A stretch of 64,000 bases of DNA from contig NC_086108.1 in the NCBI RefSeq assembly GCF_963921235.1, forward strand, positions 2,418,001-2,482,000, in the 5' to 3' direction. The notes beneath the pieces were generated by a model that worked only from the letters and a program-made list of their open reading frames with translations, was not told the DNA's origin and did not search any database. Below are positions 11,159 through 25,293 of the stretch, piece after piece. Every line of letters starts with the position of its first letter. The first letter of the stretch is position 1. This DNA is from Mobula hypostoma (lineage: Eukaryota). The translations under genes and the position numbers were made by a program.

Positions 11159-12649
11159 TGGAACCAGCAGCAGGGACTTACCTGTGTCCGAAGGACCTGT
11201 TACTGACCTGTATCTCTAAATACATGGAAAATACTTGGAAAGCTACTAGGGATGCAAAACATTATTTTTTTGGACTATCAGTTTCGTAACAAATGTTGAT
11301 TCTTGTTACCAATAGGATCCTTGGCTGAGTCAGATACTGACTAGACTGCTTGTCCCTTCCAACTCCCCACGAGAAATTCTTTCTTCAGCTTCAGAGCTGA
11401 TCTGCTTTCGGTAGTAGACAACAGTTCAATCATAAGATTTGTAATCATCTGGTGAAATACATGACATCATAACGCATGAGAATCTGAATTTATTGAGTTC
11501 CATTAAACCCCTAAATATTAAATAGTTTCCCTTTATTTGTTGCCTTGTGTGTACTGTCCCTTCTGTGAGCGTTATTGTCCCTTCTGAATCATCCAACCTC
11601 GAATATTTATTTGTCAGCTGTGCGGATTTTAAATATTTATCAAGCTGAGAGGATCATGGGGGTCTCCCTACTATCCATCAGGGCCATTTATCAGCACTGC
11701 ATACTCCTTAGTATTATCAAGGGTTCCACCCATTCATCCAGCATCTTTGACATTCTACCATCAGCCAGGAGACTCCGATGCATAAAGACAAGAATGGTCA
11801 GGATGGGAAACAGCTTCTTCCCTCAGGCCATTAGGCTCCTGATCTCCCTGCCGCATCGTATTGAAAGTGTCACTGGTTAATCTAATCTGTACGTTACAAT
11901 ATTTAATATTGTACTTTACTTTGTTATTTATACAACTTTCATCTGTAGATTATATCCTTACCTTTATAAGATATTCTGTGTTATGTGTACTACTGTGCTT
12001 TACACCCGGGTTCGGAGAAATGTTGTCTTGTTCTATATTCATTATATAGTTATACATGTTATATTCATGTATATAGCTAAATGACAGTAAACTTTACCTG
12101 CGCCGTAGTGCTGTTGCTGTTCAAAGATGCTACAAGATTCCCGAATGTCATTATCAATCAGGCTTAATCTAAAAGTAGCGTGATACCGCACGGAAACAGG
12201 CCCTTCAGCCTGTCTTGTCCATGTCAAACTATTATTCTGCCCAGTTCCATTGACCTGCACCTGAACCATAGCACCCCCCCCATGTCCTCCCATCCACACA
12301 CCTATCCGAGCTTCTCTTACATGTTGAAATCAAAATTCGTCCGTCACTTCCGCCAGCAGCTCATTCCACACCCTCACCGCCCTTTGATTGAAGAGGCTGT
12401 CCCTCATGCTTCCCTTCAGATTTCACCTTTCACCCTTAATCCATGACCTAATCTCAAATGGAAAAAGCCTGGTGTTTTGAATTCTGTGTTTTTTTAAAAA
12501 AAACATCCTTTGTGAAAGCTATACATTTGCCAATATTTTTCTGCCTTGATGTCAGTGAAAGATCATTCTGCAAGAAGTGAAAGTAAGATTCTGAAGGTTG
12601 AAGGTACATGCTAGGTGAGCTAACAAACAATGTCAAGGTAGATAGATAA

Positions 12650-14330
12650 AAGCCCTTTCAAGCATATAAAAGAGAGATGAGAGTAGATATAGAAATAGTA
12701 ACAGGGGACAAGGAGAAGGCAGATGAACTAAATGAATATTATACATCAGTCTTCACTGTGGAGCACACTAGCAGTGTGACAGATGTTGAAGGGTGTGAGA
12801 GAAGAGAAGTGGGTGCATTTGCTATTACAAGGGAGGAGGTGCTCAAAAAGCTGAAAGACCTAAGGGTGCATCAGTCACCCGGAATAGATGAACTGCACCC
12901 AAGAGTTCTGAAAGAGGTAACGGTAAAGATTGTGGAGGCATTAGTAATGATCTTTCAAGAATCATTGGACTCTGGCATGGTTCTAAGGATTTTTAAAATT
13001 GCAAATGTCACTCCGCTCTTCAAGAAAGGAGAGAGGCAGCAGAAAGAAAACTTGGTGACACAGGGCAAGATGGTTTCCTTAAGGGAAATTGCCTGACAAA
13101 CCTGTTGGAATTCTTTGAGGAGATTACACATAGGATAGATAAAGGGAATGCAGTGGATGTTGTATATTTGGGTTTTCAGAATGCCTTTGACAAGGTGCCA
13201 CACATGAAGCTGATTACCAAGTTAAGAGCCCGTGGTATTGCAGGAAGGTTAATAGCATGGTTAGAGCATTGGCTGATTGGTAGAAGGCTGTGAGTGATCC
13301 TTTTCTGGTTGGCTGCCCGTGATTAGTGGTGTTCTTTTGATGTCGGTGTTAGGACCACTTCTTTTATTGCTTGTATATCAATGATTTTGATGATGGAAAG
13401 ATGGCTTTGTTGCCCAGTTTGCAAATGATACGAAAATTGGTGGAGGCAGGTAGTGTTGAGGAAAGAAGTAGGCTGCAGAAGGATTTAGACAGATTAGGAG
13501 AATGGGCAAGAAAGTGGCAAATGAAATACAATGTTAGAAAACACATGGTCATGCACTTTGGTAGAAGAAATAGATGTGCAGACTATTTTCTAAGCAGAGA
13601 GAAAATCCAAAGGTTTGAGATGCAAAGGGACTTGGGAGTCCTTGTGCAGAACACCCTAAAGGTTAACTTGTAGGTGGAGTCGATGGTGAGAAAGGGAAAT
13701 GCAATGTTAGTATTCATTTCAAGAGATCTAAAATATAAGAGCAGGGTTGTGATGCTGAGGCGTTATAAGCCACTGGTGAGGTTTCACCTTGAGTATTGTG
13801 AACAGTTTTGGGCTCCTCATCGAAGAAAAGATGTGCTGACATTGGAGAAGGTTCAGAGAAGGTTCACAAAAATTATTCTGGGAATGAAAGAGTTATCATA
13901 TAAGGAATGTTTGATAGCTCTGGGTCTGTACCCACTGGAATTTAGAAGGATGAAGGTGGGGAGGTTCTAATTGAAACCTTTCAATTGCTGAAAGGCCTAG
14001 ACAGTGTAAATGTGGAAAGATGGGGGAGTCTAGGACAAGAGGACACAGCCTCAGAATAGAGGAGCATCCATTTAAAACAGAGATGCTGAGAAATTTCTTT
14101 AGCCAGAAGGTGCTGAATTTGGGGTATTTGTTACCACAGGGAGCTGTGGAGGCCAGGTTATTGGGTGTATTTAAGGTGGAGATTGATAGGTTCTTGATTG
14201 GCCACAGCATCAAAGGTTATGGGGAGAAGGCCAGGGAGTGGGGCTGAGGAGGGGGGAAAAAAGAATCAGCCATGATTGAATGGTAGAGCAGATTTGATGG
14301 GCCAGATTTTTCTCTGTCTTATGGTCTAAA
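12650..14330 (+). mobile_element. CR1 LINE ORF2 (RT) remnant and 3' UTR
   Basis: SPGIDELHPRVLKE, ANVTPLFKKG, VDVVYLGFQNAFDKVPH, LQKDLDRLGEWARKWQMKYNV, SRTRGHSLRI. Confidence 0.92.
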
Positions 14331-14444
14331 GTTTAGTATGCTTGTCTTTCAAAAGTAGAGCATTCAATAATTTGACACTATCAGATGAGTATTGAATAAC
14401 ACTCAATTATCTTGACATGTACAGTACTTCTTCCTGTCAACCTT

Positions 14445-15110
14445 GTCAAAGGTTCGTTTATTATCAGTGTGCAACTCTGAAATTCTTCTTCTCCGGGTAG
14501 CCAAGAAACCAAGAAAGAAAAGAAAGGCAGCACGATCACCAACCCCAAAATCCTACCTCCCCACACAAGAAAAACGAACAAAAACAGAATAGACACGGTG
14601 ACAAATTCCCCCTCCTGCACAAAAAAGAACAAACAAGAACGGAACAGGCACGTCAAACCCCAAATCTCTCCTCCCTCACAAAAAAAATTGAACAAAAACG
14701 GAACAGGCACATCTACCTTCGAAAAGCACAGAATATTTAGAAAATCTATAAGACTGGAGAAAAAAAGTCTATAGTCCAAATCCACATCCAAATTGCAGAA
14801 AACCTGGGAAACAGTCTCCAGGCACAGCGGTAGATTCTTCCTTTCCAGTACAGAGCAATCAAAAGACAGGCAGCCAGTGCTCACACTCTGCACTCACCTC
14901 GATGCTTCAATCGCCCTTGTCACTTTAATCGGCGAAGAGTAGTCAAACATCGGCTTGTGACCAGTCCCATAGCCTGCCTGCTATGAGGTTCGTGCACTCT
15001 GCCTCTGCCTCCTGGAATCCTCTCAGAGCCTGCAAAGCACTGAAGTACCGAAAAGATCTCCAAATTTCTGCATTCACTTCAATGTTTCAATCTCCCTTGT
15101 TGGAATTGAA
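14445..15110 (-). repeat. Unclassified interspersed repeat, LINE 3'-UTR-like; related to about 60930-61340 and 61465-61750
   Basis: Shared AAAGGTTC.TTTATTATCA...CAACTCTGA.ATT..TCTTCTCC end, with internal short A-rich direct repeats. Confidence 0.5.
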
Positions 15111-15164
15111 AATCGGGTGTATATCTCATATGCCAGTCACACAGTGTCCGATATAGGATGATGA

Positions 15165-15690
15165 ATACTGGAAGCTCGGGTATAGGCATTTTATGTTGCG
15201 GATTTTTCTGAGCTTGGCAATTAACTTGCAGACGTTTCATCAGCAGTCAAGGTAACATTCTCAGTGCGTGCAGTTGTTGGTGTTTCTCTGTGGGAGTGCT
15301 TGAAAGGCTCCCTTGCCGTACGTCAAGAATATCACAGACTGCTCAACTTCAACAAGTACTACGTCAAGCAGGCAGGATGTGAGCTCTCAAATCGCTTACA
15401 GCAGCACAAACTGGTGGTACAGAGACGTGATCCACTGTCCCTGATCTCGGTACACGATGACTGAGAAGGACATGACTTTAACGGGACACCACAGAGTTTC
15501 TGGTGCAGGCAAACATGAAGTAGACAATCAGGACCAAGGGAAGTGAAAGGGGGTTGGTGGGGTAGCGCTATATAAACACGAGTGCCCCCAGAGAGAAACA
15601 CCAACGACCCCATACTGAGGACATCACCTTGACTGGTGATGAAATGTCTGCAAGCTAATTGCCAAGCTCAGCGAACACCACAACATCAAG
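15165..15690 (+). mobile_element. Penelope-like remnant with inverted pLTRs and hammerhead motifs
   Basis: GIY-YIG-like fragment KYYVKQAGCELSNRLQQHKLVVQRRDPLSLISVH; inverted arms about 15200-15300 and 15580-15690; CTGAGGA...GAAATGTC at 15615-15648. Confidence 0.72.
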
Positions 15691-17881
15691 CAGTATCCAT
15701 TGGTTTGAGTCAGTGGTTGTACACTTGTTCAATTTTGGATCAAGTAAGTTAATCCTAGAGCTAAAGCTGGTGTATGATGGGTCTTTGATTTATTAGACAG
15801 CATTGTCATTTGATGTCTTTACTGAGTGTCCACAGAGGGAAGGGCCAGTGAAAGCCAATCACAGTACGAGGTTTTTCAGATTGTTTGTGGCTCATACTTC
15901 ACCCATATGTGTCAAATATGTAGCAACTGGTGCCACTCAATCACAGGGCAGAGCTTAAAATATCCTTTCTGGATACAATCTCCTTTTGAAGGACAAGCGT
16001 GCTTGTGGTATATGATTTCACTGTTCAGATAGGTGCAGGTTAGAACTTTTCACATTTGGGTCATTTTTCTTTCAACGAAGCAGGAAACTGGGAGAAAGGG
16101 CTTCAATTGGCAGTAGGCAGACATACAAAGTTCAAAGTAAATGTAATTATTGAAGTACGTACATGTCACCATATACAACCCTGAGATTCATTTTCCTGAG
16201 GGCATACTCAACAAATCTATAGAATAGTAACTCTAACAGGATCGATGAAAGATCAACCAGCGTGCAGAAGATAACAAACTGTGCAAATGCAAATATAAAT
16301 AACAGATAAAAAGTCCTTAAAGTGAGATCATTGCTTGTAGGAACATTTCAGTGATGGGGCAAGTGAGTATGGTTATCCCCTTCTATTCAAAAGTCTGATG
16401 GTTGAGGGGTATTTGAACCTGGTGGGGTGAGTCCTGACACTCTTGTGCCTTCTACCTGATGGCAGCAGCAAGAAGTGAGCATCTGGGTGGTGGGGATTTC
16501 TGATGATGGATGCTGCTTTCCTACAGCAGCATTTTATGCAGATGTGCTCAATGGTTGGGAGGGCTTTAACCGTGATGGACTGAGCCCATTCAAAGGCAGT
16601 GGTGTTTGCATACCAATTTCAAGATGCACTAATGAGTTTTTTAAAAACTAAACCTTGTCTTTTATGATTCAGAGCACAGTTTCTGAAAAAGTGCTATAAG
16701 CGGTCTTAATAATTTATTTTCCACAAAGGAAATAGAACATTAAGAAGTGAGTGCAGGGTTATGGCAAAAAAAAGGAATGGGATTCATAGTACAGACCTTT
16801 CATAGATGCTGTTCATCATTCTCAGAGTTCTCTTACTGCCTGATGAGAATTTCAGTTGTTTTTACTTTCCTTTAATTTAGTTGCCAGCCTTTACAGCATC
16901 ACTTCAAGGCCTCTTGTCCCTGGCTGAGCGTTTATAACATGCACTGGTAAAATTTCCCATGGCATTCCCCGTTGGTGAATGCATGAATGTTAACAATTGA
17001 TGGTTCAAGAATTGATGGTGGGTGGGATGTTTCACTGGATGCATTGAAGTAACTTACTCAGTGTTTTCAGAGAGCAAAGGAAATGAAACATGACAAACTG
17101 CAGAACTTCTCCAGATAAAGAGCATTTCTTTCAAAGGAGATGAGTGGAGGATAGCAACATTTAATAATAGGGATAAGATTGATCTTGATCATTGTGGTAT
17201 TGGTAGGCCAATTGCTGTTATTCAGACGAGAAATAGCGTTGTTTCTAAATGTAGCTAGTTTCTTTTCCTCAGAAACTGTGGATTCGGGTTGAGACACATC
17301 AGAGCGAGTGTACTTTGGCCCAATTAGCCAAAGTTTCATGGAAATAGATAAGGTATAACAAAAAGGGCAAACTACCATTTAAGCGAATAAATTATGCATT
17401 TAAATAAAATACAGAACAAATTAAACACTAATACGACCTAAGTACTATAAAATTGTGTACTAGCCTCCATAATATGCAGGACATCTTCAAGGAGCGGCAC
17501 CTCAAAAACACACGTCCATTATTTAGGACCCCCATAGCCCAGGTTAAGCCCTCTTTTCATTGCTACCATCAGAGAGGAGGTACAGAAGCCTGAAGGCGCA
17601 TACTCAACGATTCAGGAACAGCTTCTTCCCCTCAGCCATCAGATTTCTGAATGAACATTGAACCCATCTACACTACCTCACTACTTTTTATTTCTGTTTT
17701 TGCACTACTGATTTAATTTAACTATTTAATATGCATATATACTTACTGTAATTTACTGAACTTTATAATATGTTTTCAATTATTACATTGTACTGCAGCT
17801 GCAAAGTTGACAAATTTCACGACAAAGGTGATACTAAACCTAATTCTCATTTGGAAATATAGCTATCCTTTTTCCTCAAGT

Positions 17882-18710
17882 ACAGTGGATGCAAGTTATT
17901 TGGGGCACATCTGGACAAATATATATTGGCCCAATTAAGCGGCGGCCCCCAAACTAGTTAAAAAGGTATAAGGTGAGCTACTATTTAACCTAATAACAAA
18001 TTATGTATTTAAATGAAATACAGAACACTGCCAATATGGTACTATAAGGCTGTATTAGTTCCTAATAGTTATCGACGGGGAATTATCCGGTGTATGTTTC
18101 CATGTTCTTTTGACTGTAATTAAACAAAAGCGCAGCGACCTAGTACAGATAATGGTCTGCCATCAAACAATGCTTTTGACAATTGCATCCTTAAAATCTT
18201 TATTCTCATTGTGCCATTCAAGACGATTGTTGATATCTTAAAATTCTTCATCGTTCCTAACTTGAAGTAGTGAAGTTGTTTTATTTTTCACTCCCGGCCA
18301 TTTCTGGCATCTCCAAGCCTGAATGTTTGAAACCACAGTGAGCAAAACAGTTCTGAATTGTCTTGCTGCTTATTACCTGGCAACTATCAGTGACAATCAC
18401 TGTTTTTTGAACGCAAACATATGCAAGTGACGGCTGTTGTGATGTGATCAAAGTCATCAGAGAGGCACTGAAGCTAGTGGATATAGAAGTGTTTTATTCA
18501 ACAGAAATAAGCACCAGGTATCATACTGAGACACTCTTGGAAGAAGAGGCTTGCTCAACCCAAAATTGCATACCATTTTTAAATGCTAATGATCAAAGGT
18601 AGCAGCAGGACAATTCTATGGCTACAATGTATCCTGGCTGTTTTTAGATTTTGTTTTTTTAAGAGTTGTCCCAAATAAGCGACTGCTCCAATTAACCAGA
18701 ATCCAATTTA
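17882..18710. mobile_element. Probable Tigger/pogo-like non-autonomous DNA element (related left end at about 17275-17460)
   Basis: TA-CAGTGGAT... left terminus and ...CCAATTAACCAGAATCCA right terminus, with internal repeats CCCAATTAAGCG/CCCAAATAAGCG. Confidence 0.5.
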
Positions 18711-18821
18711 AAAATATATATATAAAATGTGTGTGATAATGTATATATAGCCAGCAGGCAATGATAAAACTTGCCTCAGCGTCTCCATGAGACAGAATCT
18801 TGTAGCTTCACCCTGACAGTT

Positions 18822-19615
18822 ATAGTCATAGCCATACTTTATTGATCCCAGGGGAAATTGGTTTTCGTTACAGTTGCACCATAAATAATAAATAGTAATA
18901 AAACCATAAATAGTTACATAGAAATATGTAAATTATGCCAGTAAATTATGAAATAAGTCCAGGACCAGCCTATTTGCTCAGGGTGTCTGACCCTCCAAGG
19001 GAGGAGTTGTAAAGTTTGATGGCCACAGGCGGGAATGACTTCCTATGACGCTCTGTGCTGCATCTCGGAGGAATGAGTCTCTGGCTGAATGTACTCCTGT
19101 GCCCACCCAGTACATTATGTAGTGGATGGGAGACATTGTCCAAGATGGCATGCAACTTAGACAGCATCCTCTTTGCAGACACCACCGTCAGAGAGTCCAG
19201 TTCCATCCCCACAACATCACTGGCCTTACGAATGAGTTTGTTGGTTCTGTTGGTGTCTGCTACCCTCAGCCTGCTGCCCCAGCACACAACAGCAAACATG
19301 ATAGCACTGGCCCCCACAGACTCGTAGAACATCCTCAGCATCGTCCGGCAGATGTTAAAGGACCTCAGTCTCCTCAGGAAATAGAGATGGCTCTGATCCT
19401 TCTTGTAGACGGCCTCAGTGTTCTTTGACCAGTCCAGTTTGTTGTCAATTCGTAGCCCCAGGTATTTGTAATCCTCCACCATGTCCACACTGACCCCCTG
19501 GATGGAAACAGGAGTCACCGGTACCTTAGCTCTTCTCAGGTCTACCACCAGCTCCTTAGTCTTTTTCACATTAAGCTGCAGATAATTTTGCTCACACCAT
19601 GTGACAAAGTTTCCT
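18822..19615 (-). mobile_element. Rex1/Babar-type LINE 3' fragment, nearly intact reading frame
   Basis: ORF 18970..19569 KTKELVVDLRR...YKYLGLRIDNKLDW...LYFLRRLRSF; (CTATGA)-like tail. Confidence 0.88.
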
Positions 19616-20354
19616 ACTTCCTACAAAGTTTCCTTAACCAGGTTTACTGAGAAAGAATTGCATAACAAAATGGTAAGGAGGAATTGCTAGTCACCTGTCA
19701 TTACAGAAAGCATAGTAAACCCCCCCATGGAGTTGTTTTTAAAACAGTTAAGCACTTGGCACTACTGTGCCATGGTAATGTAATCTTGCCCCCAACAACT
19801 GAAAATTGCATTTTTTATTGTATATAATGGGCACAGAGCCAAGCCAGATGTGAAAATGGACACCTGCAAGTTTTTAAAAAGTCCCTGATCAAAGGAATGC
19901 TTTTCATATTCTATATTGTTGTACCTTGGTTTTCCACCCCTTATATTTAAATGCTGGCGCCAAAGAGGTGCTATTATAAATTAATCTTGTGAGTCTGTGA
20001 TTGAACTAGAGCACCTCGTTCATCAGCTGCAAAGTTGAGTTAAACCAGTTCGGATTTGTTGGGAGCACCGGACTTCTCTTGTTTGAAAGATTAGGACTGG
20101 TGGTGTCTGAATTGGTTTAATGCACAGGTACTGTCTCTGATTAGCTTACTGACGCTGCCTGTGGGATACTGAACTACACGCTGTACAAGAAAGAAACATA
20201 GATAATATTGAGTGGGCAGCCAGCGACTTTTACCCAGGACAGACAAAACGGCATAACTTTAAGGTGATTAGAGGAAAGTGTAGGGGAGATCAGAGTTAGG
20301 TTCTTTATACGGAGTCCAAAGTTCAAAGTAAATTTTATTATCAGAGTACGGGTA

Positions 20355-21893
20355 CAGCTGCAAGAAAAGGTTCGTGAACTCTTTGCAATTTTCTGGTTTT
20401 CTGCATTCGTTACTCATAAATGTGGACTCATCTTCATCTAAGTCACAATAATAGACAAACACAATCTGCCTAAACTAATAACACACAGACAATTGTACTT
20501 TTCATGTCTTTATTGAACACGTTGTTTAATCATTCACAGTCTAGGCTGGAAAAATGTGTGAACCCTTGAGGGCTTTATCAACAGTAACCTCCACCAAATG
20601 TTTCCTATAGCTGCTGATCAGACTTGTGAGGAGGAAACTTAGACCATTCCTCCATGCAAGACTATTTCAGTGCTTCAATATTTCTGGGATGCCTTGCATG
20701 AACAGCCCTGTTCAGGCCATGCTACAGCATTTCAGTTGGGTTAAGGTCTGGACTCTGACTTGGCCATTCCAAAACATAAATTTTCTTCTTTTTAAACTAT
20801 TGTTGTTGATTTGCTCTTGTGTTTCGGATCATTGTCTTATTGCATCATTAAACTTCTATTAAGCTTCAGGTGATGGACCCCAACCCTGACATTCTCATGT
20901 AAAATGTCTTGATGCAATTTTGAATTAATCATTCTCTCAACTATTGCAAGCTGTCCAGGCCCTGAGGCAGCAAAGCAGCCCCAAACCACGATGCTCCTTC
21001 CAACATGCTTCACAGTTGGAATGAGGTTTTGGTGTGGGTGTGCAGTGCCCTTTTTCCTCCAAACATAGCGGTGTATGTTTCTGCCAAAAAGATCAATGTT
21101 TGTCTTATTTGTCCACTGAACATTGTCCCAGAAGCATTGTGGAACTTTCTGCAAACTTGAAGCGTGCAGCAATGGTTTTTTAGGAGATCAGTGGTTTCCT
21201 CCACTGAACTCTATATTCATTGTTTTTTTTATAGTGGACACATGAGCAGAGACTTCAGCAAGTTCTAGAGATTTCTGCAGGTCTTTTCCTGTTACCCCTG
21301 GGTTCTTTTTCACCTCCTTCAGCATTGCACATTGTGCTCTTGGTGTGATTTTTGCAGGATGCCCACCCCTAGGAAGAGTAGCAACAGTACTGAATTTTCT
21401 CCATTTGTAGACAATTTCTCTTGCCGTGGACTGATGTACATCAGGTCTTTAGAAATGTTTTTGTAGCTTCATCCATCTCTACAGTTCTTCTACTGAGGTC
21501 CTCTGAAAGTTGTTTGGCTCGAGGCATGGTGCACATAACCAGATGTTTTTTAAGAGCAGGTTCTCTCAGTAATCTGACTTTGTCTTGTTATAGGGCAGGG
21601 CACCTGAACAACGCACACCTCCAATCTCATCTCATTGATTGGAACGCCTGACTCCAAATAGCTTTTGTGGAAGGCATTACCCCAGAGGTTCCCATACTTT
21701 TTTGAACCTAGACTGTGTTTAAATGGTGGACTCAGTATTGACTAGAAGTACAATTGTTCGTACGTTATTAGTTTAGGCAGATTGTGTTTTTCCATTGCAG
21801 TGACTTAGATGAAGATCAGATCATATTTTATGAGTAATTAATGCAAAAAACCAGGTAGTTGCAAAGGGGTTCATAAACTTTTTCTCGCAACTG
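20355..21893 (-). mobile_element. Tc1/mariner DNA transposon with both long TIRs and a decayed transposase
   Basis: TA dinucleotide on both sides; about 210-bp inverted termini (CAGCTGCAAGAAAAG / TTTTTCTCGCAACTG). Transposase starts MPRAKQLSEDL at 21527 (minus) and includes WDNVQWTNKT...YVWRKKG...PTVKHVGRSIVVWGCFAASGPGQL. Confidence 0.92.
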
Positions 21894-23339
21894 TATGTCA
21901 CCACTTACAACCCCAAGATTCACTTTCCTGTGGGCGTACTCAGCTAATCTATAGAATAGTATTCATAATGAGACCAGATCAATCAGAGTGCAGAAGACAA
22001 CAAACTGTACAAATGTAAATATAAATAAATAATGAGAACAAGAAATAACAGGAGTCCTTATAGTGAGATCTTTGGTGGTAAGAACATTTCAATGGATGGG
22101 CAACTGAGTGTAATTATCCCTTTTTGTTCAAGAGGGTGATGGTTGAGGGTAGTAACTGTTCCTGAACCTGGTGGTGCGAGTCCTGAGGCTCTTGTACCTT
22201 CCAGCTGATTGTGGCAGCAAAAAAAGAGCAGGTCCTGGGAGGTGAGGATCTCTGGTGATGGATGCCACTTTCCTGCAACGGTGTTTCATGTAGATGTGCT
22301 CAATGGATGGGAAGGCTTTACCCATGATGTACTGGGCTGAATCCACTACTTCTTGTAAGATTTACTGTTCAAAGGCAGAGTGATGAGTGCCTGGGATTTC
22401 CTACCCGATATGTCTCCAATTTATCTCGTAGAGGCAGATAAATTAGGAACGTTTAAGATCTTCTCAGGTAGGCCTGTAGATAATAGAAAAATGGAGGTAT
22501 ATGTGGGAGGGAAGGGTTGGATTGATCTCAGAGTAGGGTAAAAGGTTTGCATGCCTTTGGATGTGGGAGGACACTGGAGCATCCAGAGGAAAACCAGATG
22601 GTTATAGGGAGAACATACAAACTCCTTCCAGGGCAGCAGCAGGAATTAAATCATGGTCTTGCAGTTAATGCTGTAATACTTTTTTTTAAGCACTGCACTA
22701 TTGTGTTGAGCTGGATGATGGGGTGGAGATGGGTCCATATCAAAGGAGGTACAAGGTGAGCTAGTCTACAGGTCACCCTTGGACAAGGTGTAGCACCTGC
22801 TTAGCACTCTCCTCCTAGATCAGGGTCACGTGTAACCATTGGAGCAGGTGGTGGATGGTCGTGCATATCACAAGTCCTGGTTATGCGACCGATACTGCTA
22901 AGAAGGCAGCAATAGCAAACCAATTCTGTAGGAAAATCTGCGAAGAACAGTCATGGTCATTAGACCATGATTGCCCAAGTCATATAACATGGCACAATGA
23001 TGATTATCCTGACTGCCTACCATTCATACCCTTCAGCAGAGTAATCATCATTCCTTCCGTATTGGTTCGAATGTTTAGACATCTGCTTGTTTATCTCCGC
23101 TCACCCCTGCCTTATTCCCGTCATTGTTTCCACACAGCCAAGGGCCAAGTGTTTCTGTTTGACAGCATATACATCTTTGCAGCAAATGTTTGTTTCATTT
23201 TAATCTGGCATTTAAATGACTATGTGGAAGAAGCGGTGGAAAAAGTAGACGAGGATGGGAAGATCTGCATGTGGTGGGAGAGAAGCTTTGCGATAGAAAT
23301 CTATGATGGTTAATGTGAAGAAAATAAGCTTGCTTGCAT

Positions 23340-23565
23340 GTATGTCCGGGAACGTACAGCATCAGTGACCCGGGTCTTTTAGGAGTTTGTATGTTCTCCT
23401 CATGACTGCATGGATTTCTTCCCATATTCCAAAGACAGGCCGTTCAGTAGGTTAATTGGACATGAGAAATTGTCCCGTGATTAGGCTAGGATTAAATTGG
23501 GGGATTGCTGGGCGACACAGCTTGAAGAGCGGGAAGGGCCTTTTCTGTTTTATATCTCCAAAAAT
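23340..23565 (+). mobile_element. V-SINE-like fragment
   Basis: Core and tail (GGTTAATTGG...AAATTGTCCCGTGATTAGGCTAGG...GGGAAGGGCC) shared with 34735-35004. Confidence 0.7.
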
Positions 23566-24069
23566 AAGCGATCGTTAGTATGGAGCAAATCCATTGTACA
23601 GGCAATACATTTATTTTGAAAGGTCTTTTTTCTGTTGCAATGGCAGTGATGTGAATCAGAATCAGGTTTATTATCACCGGCGTGTGCCATGAAATTTGTT
23701 AATTTAGCAGCAGCGGTTCAATGCAATACATAATCTAACAGAGAGAGAAAAAATAATGAAAGATAATAAATAAACAAGTAAATCAATTATGTATATTGAA
23801 TAGATTTTTTAAAAACGTGCCAAAACAGAAATACTGTATATTTAAAAAAAAGTGAGGTAGTGTCCAAAGATTCAATGTCCATGTAGGAATTGGATTGCAG
23901 AGGGTTCCTGAATCGCTGAGTGTGTGCCTTCAGGCTTCTATACCTCCTACCTGATGGTAACAATGAGAAAAGAGCGTAAATATGTCCAGCAGAGTCCTTT
24001 GAGATCGATGATGACTTGGTTTCACATAGAGATTTTGGTTGGCTCGTGGCAGAATACCAGAGCAGTGTA

Positions 24070-24915
24070 CCCACAAAATGTCAGAAGAACTCAGCAAGTC
24101 AGGCAGTGTCTGTGGGAAGGAATAAACTCTCAACATTTCTGGCTGAAACCCTTCATTGGGATTGGAATGGAAGGGAGAAGAAGGCAGAATAAGGAGTACA
24201 AGCTGGAAGGTAAGAGGGAAGTTGGCCGGGGGATGAAGGCTGAAGTAATAATCCAGGAGGGAATAAGTAGAAGTCGTGAGCTGAAGAAGAAGGAATCTGA
24301 TAGGAGAGGGCATGGGACTATGGGAGAATGGGGAGGAGGAGGAACAGCACTAGAGGGAAGTAATGGACGGGTGAGGAGAAGAGAACGTGTGAGGGAGAGT
24401 CATATTGGAGAATGGGGAGGGGGGAGAGAGAGAGAGAAGGGAGATGGGAGAAATTACCAGAAGTTAGAGAAATCGATGTTCATGCCATCAGGATGAAGGC
24501 TACCCATATGGAATATGAGGTGTTGCTCCTCCAACCTGAGTGTTGACCCATTGTGACCATAGAGGAGGCCTTGGACAAACATGTCAGAATGGCAATGGGA
24601 AGTCAAATTGAAATGGGTGGCCACCAAAAATCCCACCTTTTGTGGCAGATGAGGCAGAGCAGTCCGTGTGGGGTCTCATCAATATAGAGTAGGTACAGTG
24701 GTTATAGTAGATGACCCTGGCACTTTTCACGTGTGAAGTGTCTCTTAACCTGGTGGGACTGTTTGGGGCCTTGAATGGTGCTGAGGCAAGAGGTGTAGGG
24801 GCAAGTGTAGCACTTGTCCCACTGGCAGGGGTAGTGCCAGGAGGGAGATCTGTGGAGAGAGACAAGTGGACAAAGGGCTCATCTAGAGAGTTATCCCTGT
24901 TTGGAAGGGAGTGAT
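24070..24915 (-). mobile_element. Decayed Penelope-like 3' fragment
   Basis: ORF 24454..24636 LVATHFN...LRLEEQHLIFHMGSLHPDGMNIDFSNF followed by the pLTR. Confidence 0.85.
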
Positions 24916-25293
24916 GTGTTTAGTTGTAGAATTTCAGTTTTAATCTGCAGTTTTATTTAACAGCATATTATACGCTGATTTCTTTTGACGTTTAAAAGAA
25001 TTAAGCAAAATCGTAATGTCTAACCTTGTATCAAGTACCACATTTCTTCTTGCTGTGTTCCATTCAAACTGAGTCTGTTTATTGTTTGCATTTTGAATCA
25101 TGCGGTTACTAAAGAGTCTGAATAACATAAAGTGGAACTATTTATATGTAAGGGAAACAATTAAGTCTTCGTTAATTTTCCCCTCAGGAACTGTTCTTCA
25201 GGCAGTAAATGGTTGTCAGTAGACAGCTGAAGTTCCTTGCCTAGTGGAAGAAGACTATCTTAAAGAGATTCTTGCCATGTGTGTTCCAAGAAG

